Shown: positions 18,067-31,000 of the stretch, one piece after another
How positions within the stretch are numbered: position 1 is the stretch's first letter
How the letters are laid out: each line of letters begins with the position of its first letter
Assembly (NCBI RefSeq): GCF_009914755.1
Contig: NC_060936.1
Source of the DNA: the human T2T-CHM13v2.0 reference genome, Homo sapiens
Direction: 5' to 3' (one strand)
DNA length: 64,000 nucleotides
The notes under the pieces: generated by a model
Databases searched by the model: none
What the model saw: only the letters and a program-made list of their open reading frames with translations
What the model was told of the DNA's origin: nothing
Position numbers and translations under genes: made by a program

Positions 18067-18654
18067 CAGATTTCTCATCCTCAACATTTACTGGCATTGT
18101 AGGCCAGATAACTCTTCGTAGCGAGTGGTGGGACTGTCCTGGACACTGCAGGATGCTGAGAAGCATCCCTGACTGATATGGTTTGGCTGTGTCCCCACCC
18201 AAATCTCATCTTGAATTGTGGCTCCCATAATTCCCACGTGTTGTGGGAGGGACCCAGTGGGAGGTAATTGAATCATAGGGACGGCCTGTCTTTCCTGTGC
18301 TGTTCTTGTGATAATCTCACAAGATCTGATGGTTTTACAAAGGGCAGTTCCCCTGCACATGCTCTCTTGTCTGCCACCATGTAAGACGTGTCTTGCTTCC
18401 TCTTCGCCATCTACCATGATTGTGAGGCTTCCCCAGCCATGTGGAACTGTGAGTTAATTAAACTTATTCCCTTTATAAATTACCCAGTCCCAGGTATGTC
18501 TTTATTAGCAGTGTGAGAACAGACTAATTCACTGACCTCCACCCACTAAATGCCAGCAGCACCTACTCCTCTTGTGACAACCAAACATGTCTCCAGACAT
18601 TGCCTAGTGTCCCCTTAGGGGTAAAAGGAAATCACTCCTATTTGAAAACCACTG
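18067..18654 (+). mobile_element. MER20 interrupted by a THE1 LTR
   Basis: MER20 5' half up to agcatccctgac resumes at ctccacccactaaatgccag and ends ttgaaaaccactg. Confidence 0.85.
18174..18531 (+). mobile_element. THE1 MaLR solo LTR
   Basis: tgatatggtttggctgtgtccccacccaaatctcatc...cagactaattca; perfect 5-bp TSD ctgac. Confidence 0.95.
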
Positions 18655-18749
18655 TTGTAGATGCCAGCTCGCCTCCAGACTGTTTCTTATCTATCTTTGT
18701 GTACCTGGTACCCAGCACTGTAGCACAACTAAAGTTTATTTAATAATAG

Positions 18750-18823
18750 AATGGAAGAAAGGAGGAAAGAAAAGAAAAGATACAGGAAAAGAAAGAAAAG
18801 GAGGGAGAAGGGGAGGGAAGAAG
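18750..18823. repeat. GA-rich low-complexity tract
   Basis: Almost pure purine run. Confidence 0.8.
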
Positions 18824-18963
18824 GCCTAAGTTCACCCAGTATGTATATTATGGAAAGCTTATAGATAAATCAACCTAAATGGATGTTGTAACCCAAATTC
18901 TATTTGAACTACCCGGGGTGGAAATCAGGGCTTCAGGGAATCGTGTGATAAATTCGTACGTTA

Positions 18964-19345
<382 letters not shown>

Positions 19346-19939
19346 AAAAATGCCTTGTGGGTTTGGCATTTCCACATTAAATTTACATCAAGACCACTCC
19401 CCAAAGTGGGGTGAACCAAGCCATCCTTGTTCCCTCCCAGCGGGGAATTCAATTACCCATTTGAAACAACACCCCAGAGGTCCTTCCAAGCTTCTTCATG
19501 AAACAATATTTATCAGCAATTGTTATTATTACCAAGAGGACCCCTGCTGGCCTGGGATCTGCTCCTCTGCCACCCAAGAGTTCTCCCATTTCCAGCTCTT
19601 CTTGATGTGGTCAATAATACCACAATCTCTTCAGCTCAGAATTTCCCCCGGACTGGAAGACGGCTTTCCTGTGTGTACATTTCAATCAACAGAAGCACCG
19701 GCATTTCCAAAGCAGATGTTTCCTGTCACTACTTACTGTGTCCTGAGCAGATGGCCCTGTTAAAGCTGTATTGTTGGACAAGCCTTTCAATCAAGGCTTT
19801 CATTCCTGGATATGAGTGACGGGCGACAGGAAAGGGAGTTCTGCTGTCAAATCCAGGCAGCAGAGAATGATGCAACCTACTGTCTTCCCCATGCTTCCAC
19901 ATGCGACCGAGGTGTGTTCTTCTTGCATGGGGCAACTGG

Positions 19940-20190
19940 TTAGCTTAGCAGTATGGCAGGTGAGAATCACAGACATGGACTGAAATCCCACCTGCAACAT
20001 TGGCCACTTGAGTGATTTTTGGAGGAGCGACTGTAGTTTTCTGAGTCAGTGTCCTCATTCATAAAATAGAGATACTCATATTACCTACCTCATGGGGTGG
20101 CTGGGAAAAATAATTAAATCACCCGAAGCACATAAAATCCTTTTAGCACAAGGCTTCACACCTGGTAAGTTCTCAATAAATGATTGCTCT
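19940..20190 (+). mobile_element. MIR
   Basis: ctgagtcagtgtcctcattcataaaatagag...ctacctcatgggg. Confidence 0.75.
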
Positions 20191-20723
20191 TGTTTTGACA
20201 ACAATCGCACATCAAGGGCACAATCTGGTTGCCCCAGGAGATCCAGACTTGAAATGAATAAAATCCTCATAAAGCTTCAGTCTAGCTGGGGAGCTAGACC
20301 TCAGCACAGGCGATACTGTCCTGACACTGTCTCTCCCCAGCTGTGCAACTTGGGATGTGGAATCTCACCTCTCAGAGGCTCTCATCACCTCGGAAACAGT
20401 GGGGCAATTCCTGGCTTAAATTGTTGGAAGAACTTTGGTACACGGCCCATAGCTCAGAGGAACTCAGGACATGGTAGCTAGAGGTACTGTTGGCCAGTTC
20501 CAGGCATCGTGGTAGGAGATGATTCTTATTAAAGTGAATTGGAATCTTGGGGAAAGCAGCATGATTGGGGAGGTCATCGTCATGGTGATTTGATTTGTGA
20601 TGTGAGGAATGGACTTGCCTACTTTAAATCTCAACTTGACTTGGAAGGGTGTGGATCTGTGAAAAAATAACTGAGACTTGCTTCTGTCAAGCTACTTCCT
20701 GTGACAACATTAGAGGAATTTCT

Positions 20724-21154
<431 letters not shown>

Positions 21155-21350
21155 TGATACCAGGGGTTTTCCGGTGCTTTTCTAAGAACAGAGATGGTAG
21201 ATAAGTATGAGGATGGTGGGAAAATCCTTCAGTTTTCTAAGGAAGGCTCATGTTTATGGTAGAAGATTTGAGACAAAAATTTTCTATTTTCATCCCACCA
21301 GTCATAATTTGTGTGACTTTGACATGTCTCTTAACCTTTCTGAACCACCG

Positions 21351-22005
21351 TGTGATGGAATACTGGGTTGTTCCCCCAGATCATATCCCCCCTTCCTACC
21401 ACGCACTTAACGTTTTCCGTAGGAAACTACATTAATTAAGGATTTGATGTAGGTTCCATAGGTAACTACTCACCATCTTCAGCTCTGTTGTTTTCACCGA
21501 GATTGATCTCACCCCCAGCTCTAGAGTAGGTCTGGATTGGCTTAAGCCAATAAGTGCCTACTATCCCTTGTTCACTGTAGTTTGGTTGAAGGATGGGCAT
21601 CTGACCTAGTTCACACTAATGTGACATGTGAAAAGGTTTTCTGAGGTTTCTGGGACAGACAAGTGCTCCATCTTCCAAAAGACCTACCAGAAGCATCTGT
21701 CTGCTTTTTGTGCAGTGTGATGTGAGGCTATGAGAATAGGAGGCCAGAAATATTGTACTATGGAAGAGTCAACCTGAAGAGGAAGCCAACAAGGCAGCTG
21801 AAAGAATCATCCAGGAACAAAGCCAGAGCCTTAATGGTAGCATGAACTCCTCGATCAAACCATTCCTGAATCAGAATATTACAGGGCAATTCAGTTATGT
21901 GAGCCAACAATCTTCTCATTGACCCCTCTCCCCATTTCTTTTTTCCTTAGTATTTTAAGTTGGATTTTTCTGTTGCTTGCAACCAAAATATTCCTAACTA
22001 GTACA
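21351..22005 (+). mobile_element. LTR16-family ERVL solo LTR
   Basis: gattggcttaagccaat...gggcatctgacc; ends ttgcttgcaaccaaaatattcctaactagtaca. Confidence 0.75.
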
Positions 22006-22074
22006 CTGTTTTCTCTGTCCTCTCCGAACTTCTGGAAGAATAAAATAAGATAATAAGGTATGTGAAAATAATAC

Positions 22075-22478
22075 TGTTTTGCCTTGGGCAGGCCTATGCA
22101 AACCTACCCCAAAGTCTGAGGAAGCTGAGAAGCTGAAGAAAGAGGCTGACAAATCCAGTTTCTTAGGAAGAAATATTTAATAGGGGCTTAGGAACAGAAA
22201 CCATGCCTGTGTCTTGGGTGGTGGAAAGACAAGATGGTGGATCCCTGCGGCACCAATAGCCTCCAGACCCAGAGATTATATACTCTAGGGGAGAGGCATA
22301 CATGTTTCACAGAGAATAGGTAGGAAATTGCCCTGAGGGCAGGATTTGCAGGAAGTACAGTCCTCTTACACGACGAACAACAGATAAACTGGAAATCTCA
22401 GAGGCTTTCCCAAAACGGGTTAATCAGAAGCTAACATGGCAGATTAGCATCCAAGATGGAGTTGATTCAACCTTCACA
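22075..22478 (-). mobile_element. ERV solo LTR (LTR47-like)
   Basis: tg...ca termini; reverse strand begins tgtgaaggttgaatcaactccatcttggatgctaatctgccatgtt. Confidence 0.75.
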
Positions 22479-22884
22479 GATATGTAAACTGTAAATCACA
22501 GTACCAATTAGATGTGAGGATTATCAGAACAATTATTATCACCACCTCAAAGACTTCCTAGCTCAGAATAATCCAATTTACAGATGTGTAATATTTCCTT
22601 CCATTCCTCTGAAATGTACCAGTTTCATTATGTTGAAACTATTAGATCATGCACTGATAATGGTGCTTAATGAAGCTAACAGTATTATTCTCCTGTAAAC
22701 AGAAATGTATATAATTAATAACTCTCTTAAGGCTTTTGGTATTCACTGGTACTAATTACATTCCAGTGCTCATCAGTGTGAGTCCAACCAGAGTAGGCTG
22801 AGTGAAAACAGACACTCAGTCCTCGAGAGAAATATGAGGTCTCAGCATCTGCCTTGACTGTCAGTTGGCCGCACTTTTGTGGAG

Positions 22885-23000
22885 AAGAGAGCACTAGTCT
22901 GTGTTCCAGCTCTGCCACTGAGTCTCTTTGTGACCTTGGACACGTCACTTAACTGCTGTGTGCCTCAGTTTCCCCATCTATAAAATGAGGAGGATAGACT
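22885..23000 (+). mobile_element. MIR
   Basis: gctctgccactg...gtgaccttgga...gtgcctcagtttccccatctataaaatg. Confidence 0.9.
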
Positions 23001-23014
23001 TGCCAGATTCTTAA

Positions 23015-23401
<387 letters not shown>

Positions 23402-23453
23402 TCCGTATTTTATATATTGAATAATTTATATACAATCACAAGAGGCCCATGGA

Positions 23454-23494
23454 AAACTCCATTTGCTTTTTTTTTTAATCAAGCCAAACCAACA
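23454..23494 (+). repeat. Short dispersed copy of 25211-25252
   Basis: Exact 12-nt (aaactccatttg) and 17-nt (atcaagccaaaccaaca) blocks separated by a T-rich linker, as at 25211-25252. Confidence 0.85.
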
Positions 23495-23816
23495 AGTAAG
23501 AAATTCAAAATTAAATGAACTTTAAGGGCCCTGTAAGCTCTACATTTTCAGTGCCCATAATTCCACGATTCCCCTAGAAGTAGCAGAGTCATAATTGAGT
23601 TCTAGAATGTCTTTTTACCTAAAAGGTAGAAATTCTTTGAGCATGGGCATTGGTGGGGAGGGGCTTGAAAGCTGAGGGACAGTAAGGAGGTTGTTACAAT
23701 CACCCCAGCAAAAGATGATGTGACTCAGACAAGAATAAAAGAAGGAGATGTACTGAAGAGATAGCCAGAATGCAGAACTTTGTATAAGAGTAGATTTAGG
23801 GGAGAATTTCCAGAAT

Positions 23817-24268
23817 CCTATCACTTAGGATTCGTTTCATCTGTGAGGAACAATAAATCCAATTATAATGACTTAAACAGCAAGAAGAATTTGTTTTTCC
23901 TCAGGTGAAAGTCATCTGACGGTAGATAGTCCAAGCCTGTTTAGAAGCTCTTCAATACTTGGTTCTATCTATTAACTACTCTGCCACATTTGTTCTATCC
24001 TCAGGGTCCAAGGTGGCTGCAGGAGTTCCAGCCATCACACCTATGTTTCAGGGTATAAGAAAGAGAATAAGTGGAAGTGCAAAATGGAGCTCCTTTAAAG
24101 AGCTTTCCTGGAAGCAAAGCTTCCACTTACATCTCATCAGCTAGAACTCAGTCACTTCCAGCTGTGGGACAGTCTGGGAAATGTAGAAACATAGTGTTTT
24201 GCTAGGCATATTGCCCAAGATTCTATTACTAAGAAGAAGGAAGACGCAACTAGCAGTTTCTGCTACAG
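23817..24268 (-). mobile_element. MLT1 (MLT1J-like) MaLR LTR inside L2 remnants
   Basis: caaggtggctgcaggagttccagccatcaca; ctgggaaatgtag; ends agtttctgctaca. Confidence 0.75.
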
Positions 24269-24289
24269 TTTCCATTTAAAATAAATACA

Positions 24290-24500
24290 GTGTGGAGAGG
24301 ACAGTGGAGGAGAGTCAGGATTGGGGAGGAAGATCAAGAGTTCAGTTTGATACATGCTGGGTTTGAGTGCTTAGGAAACATTCGTGAGAGTTGTCCTATA
24401 GACAGTTGAATAAACATGTATGAAACTTGAAATAAAGGTGTGAGCCAGAGCTAAAGATGTGAGAGCCACCAAGATACAAAGGACACATGGAACCCTGGAA
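24290..24500. mobile_element. L2 fragment
   Basis: gatcaagagttcagtttgatacatgctgggtttgag. Confidence 0.7.
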
Positions 24501-25075
24501 CTTTTCTTCACAAGAATGATCTCAAAACACAAACCTGATGATCTCAAGCCTCTTTGCCATTTTTAAAATAGTTCAAGGTGTTCTTACAGCTCTCAAGATA
24601 AAGATGAAAATCCCTAACGTGAACTACACTGATTTTCATTATTTTGACCCCAGATTACCCGTTTCATCTAAACTCACTATCACCTTTGCCCATCTCACTT
24701 CAAGGCCTTTGCAGGTGCTGGCCAATCTTCCCTCTCCATCTCCACCTCCAGCTCTGCATTCTGCAATATGATCTCTGTTGGCCTTTAAAAGCTTTAGAAT
24801 GTTGGAAAATTGGAATCTTCACCCCAGTTTTATAGATGGGCATGACATCAGCTCAAAGAGTAAAGGCATTTCTCTAAGGTTACACAACTATAGTAAGAGG
24901 CAGAGTAGAAATCAAAGCCAACGTCTTCTAGCAACTGGTACCTTCTCTCCACTCAGCACAGCAGGCTGCTACTTTTGGGTGGCTCTCCATGCCCTCACAA
25001 GAAAGGATAGACAAGAAGAGAGAGGGAACAAAAAAAACCCAGACGCTCAGAGCTGACTCCACGGAAGGGCTTATT

Positions 25076-25259
25076 CAATCAGTCTAGACAAAAGCCTGCC
25101 CCATTACTCCTTTCTTTCCTCCCTCCCACCTTTTCTCCCCACTTCCCAGAGGAACTTGATTAATCCATTAGGTTTCACCTCTATTTAACTTCCTGATTAG
25201 TTACATTTATAAACTCCATTTGTTTTTGCTTTCTCATCAAGCCAAACCAACACCCCCAG
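25076..25259 (+). repeat. Inverted repeat, arm 1 (184 bp, unique sequence, putative donor)
   Basis: Reverse complement of 25731-25914 with 3 substitutions and no gaps (hand alignment). Confidence 0.97.
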
Positions 25260-25730
25260 GGAAAAAAAAAAAAAGGCCAATTTTCAGTGACACTGATTTA
25301 CTGCAATTTCTGAAAATCAGACCGAACCGAGGAGAAACATGACTAGAATTTCAACTCCCCCTTTTCACATTGCAGGTATCTTTGTGAACGGAAAAGAAGC
25401 TTTAACAGAAAGAGAGAAAACTCAGTGATGGCAGGATCCCAAATTTGGCCAAAGTGGCAAAATACCAAGCCTGTTAATGAAGCAGATTAATAAATTCTGT
25501 AATTTCCATCTCCTAGTTGAGTAACAAAGCTACAAAGTACAACAAAAAAGTAAAAGCTGAAGCTAAGGGATCATATGTTTTTATCGGCAAAGTGAAATAC
25601 TCAAGATATTTCCTTGCTTCCATTTTCTCCCTGTAGTCTGTGATGTAGGATATTTAAACTTTTAAATAATTTTATTTTAACAAGACTAATACATGTGCAT
25701 AGTAGGAAGCTATGTACATGTATTTTTTTT

Positions 25731-25914
25731 CTGGGGGTGTTGGTTTGGCTTGATGAGAAAGCAAAAACAAATGGAGTTTATAAATGTAACTAATCAGGAA
25801 GTTAAAGAGAGGTGAAACCTAATGGATTAATCAAGTTCCTCTGGGAAGTGGGGAGAAAAGGTAGGAGGGAGGGAAGAAAGGAGTAATGGGGCAGGCTTTT
25901 GTCTAGACTGATTG
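25731..25914 (-). repeat. Inverted repeat, arm 2 (184 bp, putative inserted copy)
   Basis: ctgggggtgttggtttggcttgatgag...gtctagactgattg is the reverse complement of arm 1. Confidence 0.97.
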
Positions 25915-25939
25915 CAATTTTGTTATAAAACTTATAACA

Positions 25940-26245
<306 letters not shown>

Positions 26246-26674
26246 TCAGCAATCTCATGTATGTCCGTATGCAACATCAGCCCCTAATCTTGCTCCACAG
26301 AGGCAACCACATTCAGTATTTTAGGCTGCCTTTTCTGGTATTCATTTCCACATTTTAAGTAACACACTGATACTACTATTTATTGAGTTATCAACTGTAA
26401 GCATCATCTATTATATTTTCTATTTTTCTATGGAAGAAAAATTTTAATTATTTTACATCATGACCCCTCACTCACATAATCTAACTCTCTCTCTCTTTCT
26501 CTCCCCCACCCCAAATTCTTCCTCATAATATCTCAATTTTTGTTTAAACTAATAAATAGTGTTATTATTAGAATCAAGTAAATAATGTTAATTCCTTAGG
26601 TAAGTATTGTACTATGATTACATGTCTTTTCTTGTCTTTTGTTTGTTTGTTTTTTCTAGTGATAATAATTGCCT

Positions 26675-27395
26675 CAAAACCACAACGAGATACCATCTCA
26701 TGCCAGTCAGAATGGCTAGCATCAAAAACTAAAAAAATAACAGATGTTGATGAGGTTGCAGAGAAAAGAGAAGGCTTATACCTGTTGGTGAGAATGCAAA
26801 TTAGTTCGACCACTGTGGAAAGCAGTTGGAGAGTTCTCAAACGGCTAAAAATAGAATTACCATTCAACCCAGCAATCCCATTACTGAGTATATACCCAAA
26901 GGAAAATAAACTATTCTACCAAAAAGACACTTGTACCCACATGTTTATCATGGCACTATTCACAATAGCAAAGACATGGAATCAATCCAGGTGCCCATCA
27001 ATGATAGATTGAATAAAGAAAATGTGGCACACATACACCATGGAATACTATGCAGCCATAAAAAAAGAATGAAATCATGTCGTTTGCAGCAGTATGGGTA
27101 CAGCTGGAGGCCATTGTCCTAAGCAAATTCACAGAAGAACAGAAAACTAGATGCCACAAGTTCTCACTTAAAAATGGGAGCTACGCATTGGGTACACACA
27201 GACATAAAGGTGGGAACAATAAACCCTGGGGATGCCAAAAGTGGGGAGGCAGAGAGGGAGGCAAGGGCCAAAAATACTACCTACTGGGCACTATGTTCAC
27301 TATGTGGATGCTGGGATCATTAGAAGCCCAAACTTTAGCATTGCACGATATACTCATGTAACAAACCTGCACATGTACTCCCTGAATCTAAAACA
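26675..27395 (+). mobile_element. 5'-truncated L1 (L1PB-like) 3' end
   Basis: ORF2p C-terminal remnant LKIELPFNPAIPLLSIYPKE...ALFTIAKTWNQ, then L1 3'UTR; TSD ataataatt(g/t)cctc. Confidence 0.93.
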
Positions 27396-27524
27396 ATAAT
27401 AATAATTTCCTCTTGCTTTTATTTACTATGTACTTATTATTAGTTACTCCTAAAATCTACAATGCAAAAATCTCAATACTATTTTTCCACCTGCTCAAAA
27501 GCATCATAAAATCTACCAGCTCCT

Positions 27525-27750
27525 ACTTTCCTCCCTCCCTTCTTGCCATCCTTCCTTCCTTTCTCTTCACCCTGCCCCATCCCCTTCTCTCTTCCTCCCT
27601 TTCTCACATCCTCCCTACCTCTTTGTCTTTCTTTCCTCATTCTTCTTCTTTCCTTTTCTTTTTTCCTTTCTCCTCCTCTTCCTCCTTCTCCTCAGTGTCC
27701 CTTGTTCCTCTTGCTCTCCTTCTCTTTTCCTGGACTCTCCATTCTCCTGC
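27525..27750. repeat. CT-rich polypyrimidine low-complexity tract
   Basis: About 220 bp almost entirely C/T. Confidence 0.9.
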
Positions 27751-28126
27751 TTCAAAATGAATTGGTTTCATTTAAGGCCTGAAGCATGACTATTGTCTTC
27801 GGATTTTCCTTTGTAATTGTCCTGAGGCTTTCACTTCTCTCCTGGATCTCCTATCCAAATATCCTGTCACTTTTTTGGATTTCCCACTTGTTTTCCTGGA
27901 ACACTTCCTTTAGCAACATTTTGAGAAAGGTACTTAGGAAATATTGGATACTTTGCAGATCTTAAAATATCCTTCTTCCATCCTTGAACTCAACAGACAG
28001 TTTCCCTAGATATATAATTGAACATTGAAAATAACATTTACTATGAATACTGAAAGCATTGATGCATTTACTTCAATCTTTGAATATTACTGATGCCAGT
28101 AAAATTTTTATTCTCACATACCAAGG

Positions 28127-29946
28127 TGATATGGTTTGGCTTTGTGTCCCCACCCAAGTCTCATGTTGAATTATAATCACCAATATTGGGGGCAGGACCT
28201 GATGGGAAGTGATCATGGGGGCAGATTTCCCCCTTGCTGTTCTCATGATAGTGAGTTCTCATGAGATCTGGTTGTTTTGAAAGTGTGTAGCTCTTCCCCC
28301 CTTCACTTCCCCTCTCTCCTGCTGGCCATGTGCTTGCTGCTTCTAATAGCATATGCTCATATGTGTTCACAAAGAGATGGTCTGAAATTGGAACTTATAT
28401 TTAAATGGGAAGAAGAACATAAAAGTTTGGCAAATTTGCAGCCTGACCATGTGGTGGAAAAGAAAAAACCATTTTCTGGGGAGGAGTTCAAGGCTGCATA
28501 AATTTGCATAAGTAAAGAGAAGCCAAATGTTAATAGCCAAGACAATGGGGAAAATGCCAACAAGGCCTTTCAGAAACCTACATGGCAGCCCCTCCCGTCA
28601 CAGGCCTGGAGGCCTAGGAAGGAAAAATAGTTTTGTGGGCTGGGCTCAGGGCCCCTCTGCTCTGTGCCACCTCAGGTCAGGATGCTCTGCATCCCAGCTG
28701 CTCCAGCTCCAGCTGTGGCTAAAAGGAGCCAAGGTACAGCTCAGGCCATTGCTTCAGAGGGTGCAAGCCCCAAGTCTTGGCAGCTTTCATGTGGTGTTGG
28801 GCCTGCAGGTGCACAGAAGGCAAGAGTTGAGGCTTGGGAGACTGCCTAGATTTCAGAGGATGTATAGAAATGCCTGGATGTTCAGGCAGAAGTCTGCTGC
28901 AGGGGCAGAGCCTTCATGGAGAACATCTACTAGGGCAGTGCAGTGGGGAAATGTGGGGTTGGAGCACCCACACAGAGTCCTTACTGGGGTACTGTCTAGT
29001 GGAGCTGTGGAAAGAGGGTCACCATCCTTCAGACCCCGGAATGGTAGATTCACCAACAGCTTGCACTGTGTACCTGTTAAAACCACAGGTACTCAATGCC
29101 AGCCCATGAAAGCAGCCATGGGGGTTGCACCCTGCAGAGCCACAGGGCAGAGCTGCCCAGGGCCTTGGGAGTCCACCCCTTGCATCAGCATGCCCTGGAT
29201 GTGAGACACAAAGTCAAAGGAGATGATTTCAGAGCCTTAAGGCTTAATGACAGCCCTGCTGTTTTTTGGACTTGCATGGGGCCTGTAGCTGCTTGGTTTT
29301 GGCCAACTACTCCCTTTGGAACAGGAGTATTCACTCAATCCCTGTACCTCTATTGTATCTTGAAAGTAACTAACTTGTTTTTGATTTTATAGGCTCATAG
29401 GTAGAAGGGACTTGCCTTGTCTCAGATGAGACTTTGGACTAGGACATTTGACCTAATGCTGAAATGAGTTAAGACTTCAGGGGACTGTTGGGAAAGCAGG
29501 ACTGTGTTTTAAAATATGAGAAGGGCAGGAGATTGATTTGGGAGGGGCCAGGGGTGGAATGATATGATTTGGCTCTGTCTTCCCACCCAAATCTCATGTT
29601 GAATTGTAATCCCCAATGTTGGGGGAAGGACCTGGTGGGAGGTGATTGGATCATGTGGGCAGATTTCCCCCTTGCTGTTCTCACAATAGTGAATGAGTTA
29701 TCATGAGATCTGGTTGTTTTGAAAGTGTGTAGCACTTCTCCCCTTCACTTTCTCTCTCTCCTGCTGGCCATGTGAACATGTGCTTGCTTCCCCTTTGCCC
29801 GTTTGCCATGATTGTAAGTTCCTGAGGCCTCTCCAATCACGCTTCCTGTACAGCCTGTGGAACTGTGAGTCAATTAAACCTCTTTTCTTCACAAATTACC
29901 CAGTCTGAGGTAATTCTTTATAGCAGTGTGAGAATAGACTAACACA
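28127..29946 (+). mobile_element. MSTA-type MaLR provirus: truncated 5' LTR (28127-~28338), internal region, polypurine tract, full 3' LTR (29560-29946)
   Basis: Two homologous LTR starts tgatatg(g/a)tttggct; PPT gggaggggccaggggtggaa directly before the 3' LTR; MaLR internal sequence between. Confidence 0.93.
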
Positions 29947-29993
29947 CAATATATGTGACCTATGCTATTTTAAAATTTCATTTCTGGTCACCT

Positions 29994-30292
29994 TTTTTTT
30001 TGTTTCTTTTTGAGACAGGGTCTCATTCTGTCACCCAGGCTGAAGTGCAGTGACATGATAATGACTCACTACAGCCTCAACTTCCTGGGCTCAAGCAATC
30101 CTCTGCCTCAGCCTCCTGAGTAACTGGGACTACAGGTGCGTGCCACCACAACTGGCTAATTTTTAATTTTTTATAGAGATGGGGGTCTCACTATGCTGCC
30201 CAGGCTGGTCCCATACTCCTGGCCTCATGCAATCCTCTTGCTTCAGCCTCCCAAAGTGCTGAGATTATAGGCGTGTGCCACCATGCCTGGCC
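29994..30292 (-). mobile_element. Alu (AluJ-type)
   Basis: Dimeric Alu; TSD tct(g/a)gtcac. Confidence 0.96.
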
Positions 30293-30294
30293 TC

Positions 30295-31000
30295 TAGTCA
30301 CTTTTAAGATTTTCCTTTTATCCCCTCTGTTTTAAAAATATCATAATGTTGTGCCTTTGTGTGGATATTTTTTCCCCTTTAGGATACAGATTACTCAATA
30401 GACCCTCCTAATCTGTAGTCTCATATGCTGTAGTTCTTGGATATTCTCTTGTACTTTGATTATCTCATTCTCTCCACTTTTTTTTTTCTGTTTTCTAACT
30501 CTATGACTCACTTACTCCTGTTTTGAATCTCAGACCAAGTCTCTAATTTTCTTACCTCTTCCCTTTTATTTTCCAGCTCTTCATTTTTTGTTCTACTTTA
30601 TGGGAGATTTCTTCAACTTTACAACATTTCTATTGATTTTTTTAGCAGTATAATTCATTTTATTCTACCTTTAATCATTGTAGGTTGTAAACATACATAT
30701 AGAAAAGTGCACAGAACAAATATGTAACCTGAATTATTTATAGTAAAACAAACACTCGTGTTCTTTTAAATTATTTCAGTAACTCATTCTTAACTCTCAT
30801 TATCCCTTTTGGTGATATTCTTTTCTTATTTCATGGATGTAATATCTTCTCTTAACTCTACAAGGATATTAAGTATTTCTTTTGTTTCTATTTTACTTTA
30901 TTTTCTGTTCCTATGTCATCTCTGCTTTCTCCAAGTTTCTCATTTCTGTTTGTTAACTTTGGTATCTGTATTTTCATGTTACAATTTACTTAAGTCTTGT
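30295..31000 (-). mobile_element. Ancient L1 fragments
   Basis: Very T-rich, L1-antisense-like composition continuing from ~27760-28120. Confidence 0.5.

Noticed and set aside
25076-25914. Interpreting the 184-bp inverted repeat as a MITE or a retrocopy
   Set aside because: No target-site duplication outside the arms or around arm 2. The T8 run is templated by the genomic A-run next to arm 1, and the junction hairpins favour repair-templated copying.
26614-27012. 132-aa ORF with L1 ORF2p C-terminal similarity
   Set aside because: Frameshifted remnant of a 5'-truncated L1, not a functional CDS.
28527-29204. Longest ORF (225 aa) as a gene
   Set aside because: Lies wholly inside MaLR (MST) internal sequence, has no ATG at the annotated start and no recognisable domain.
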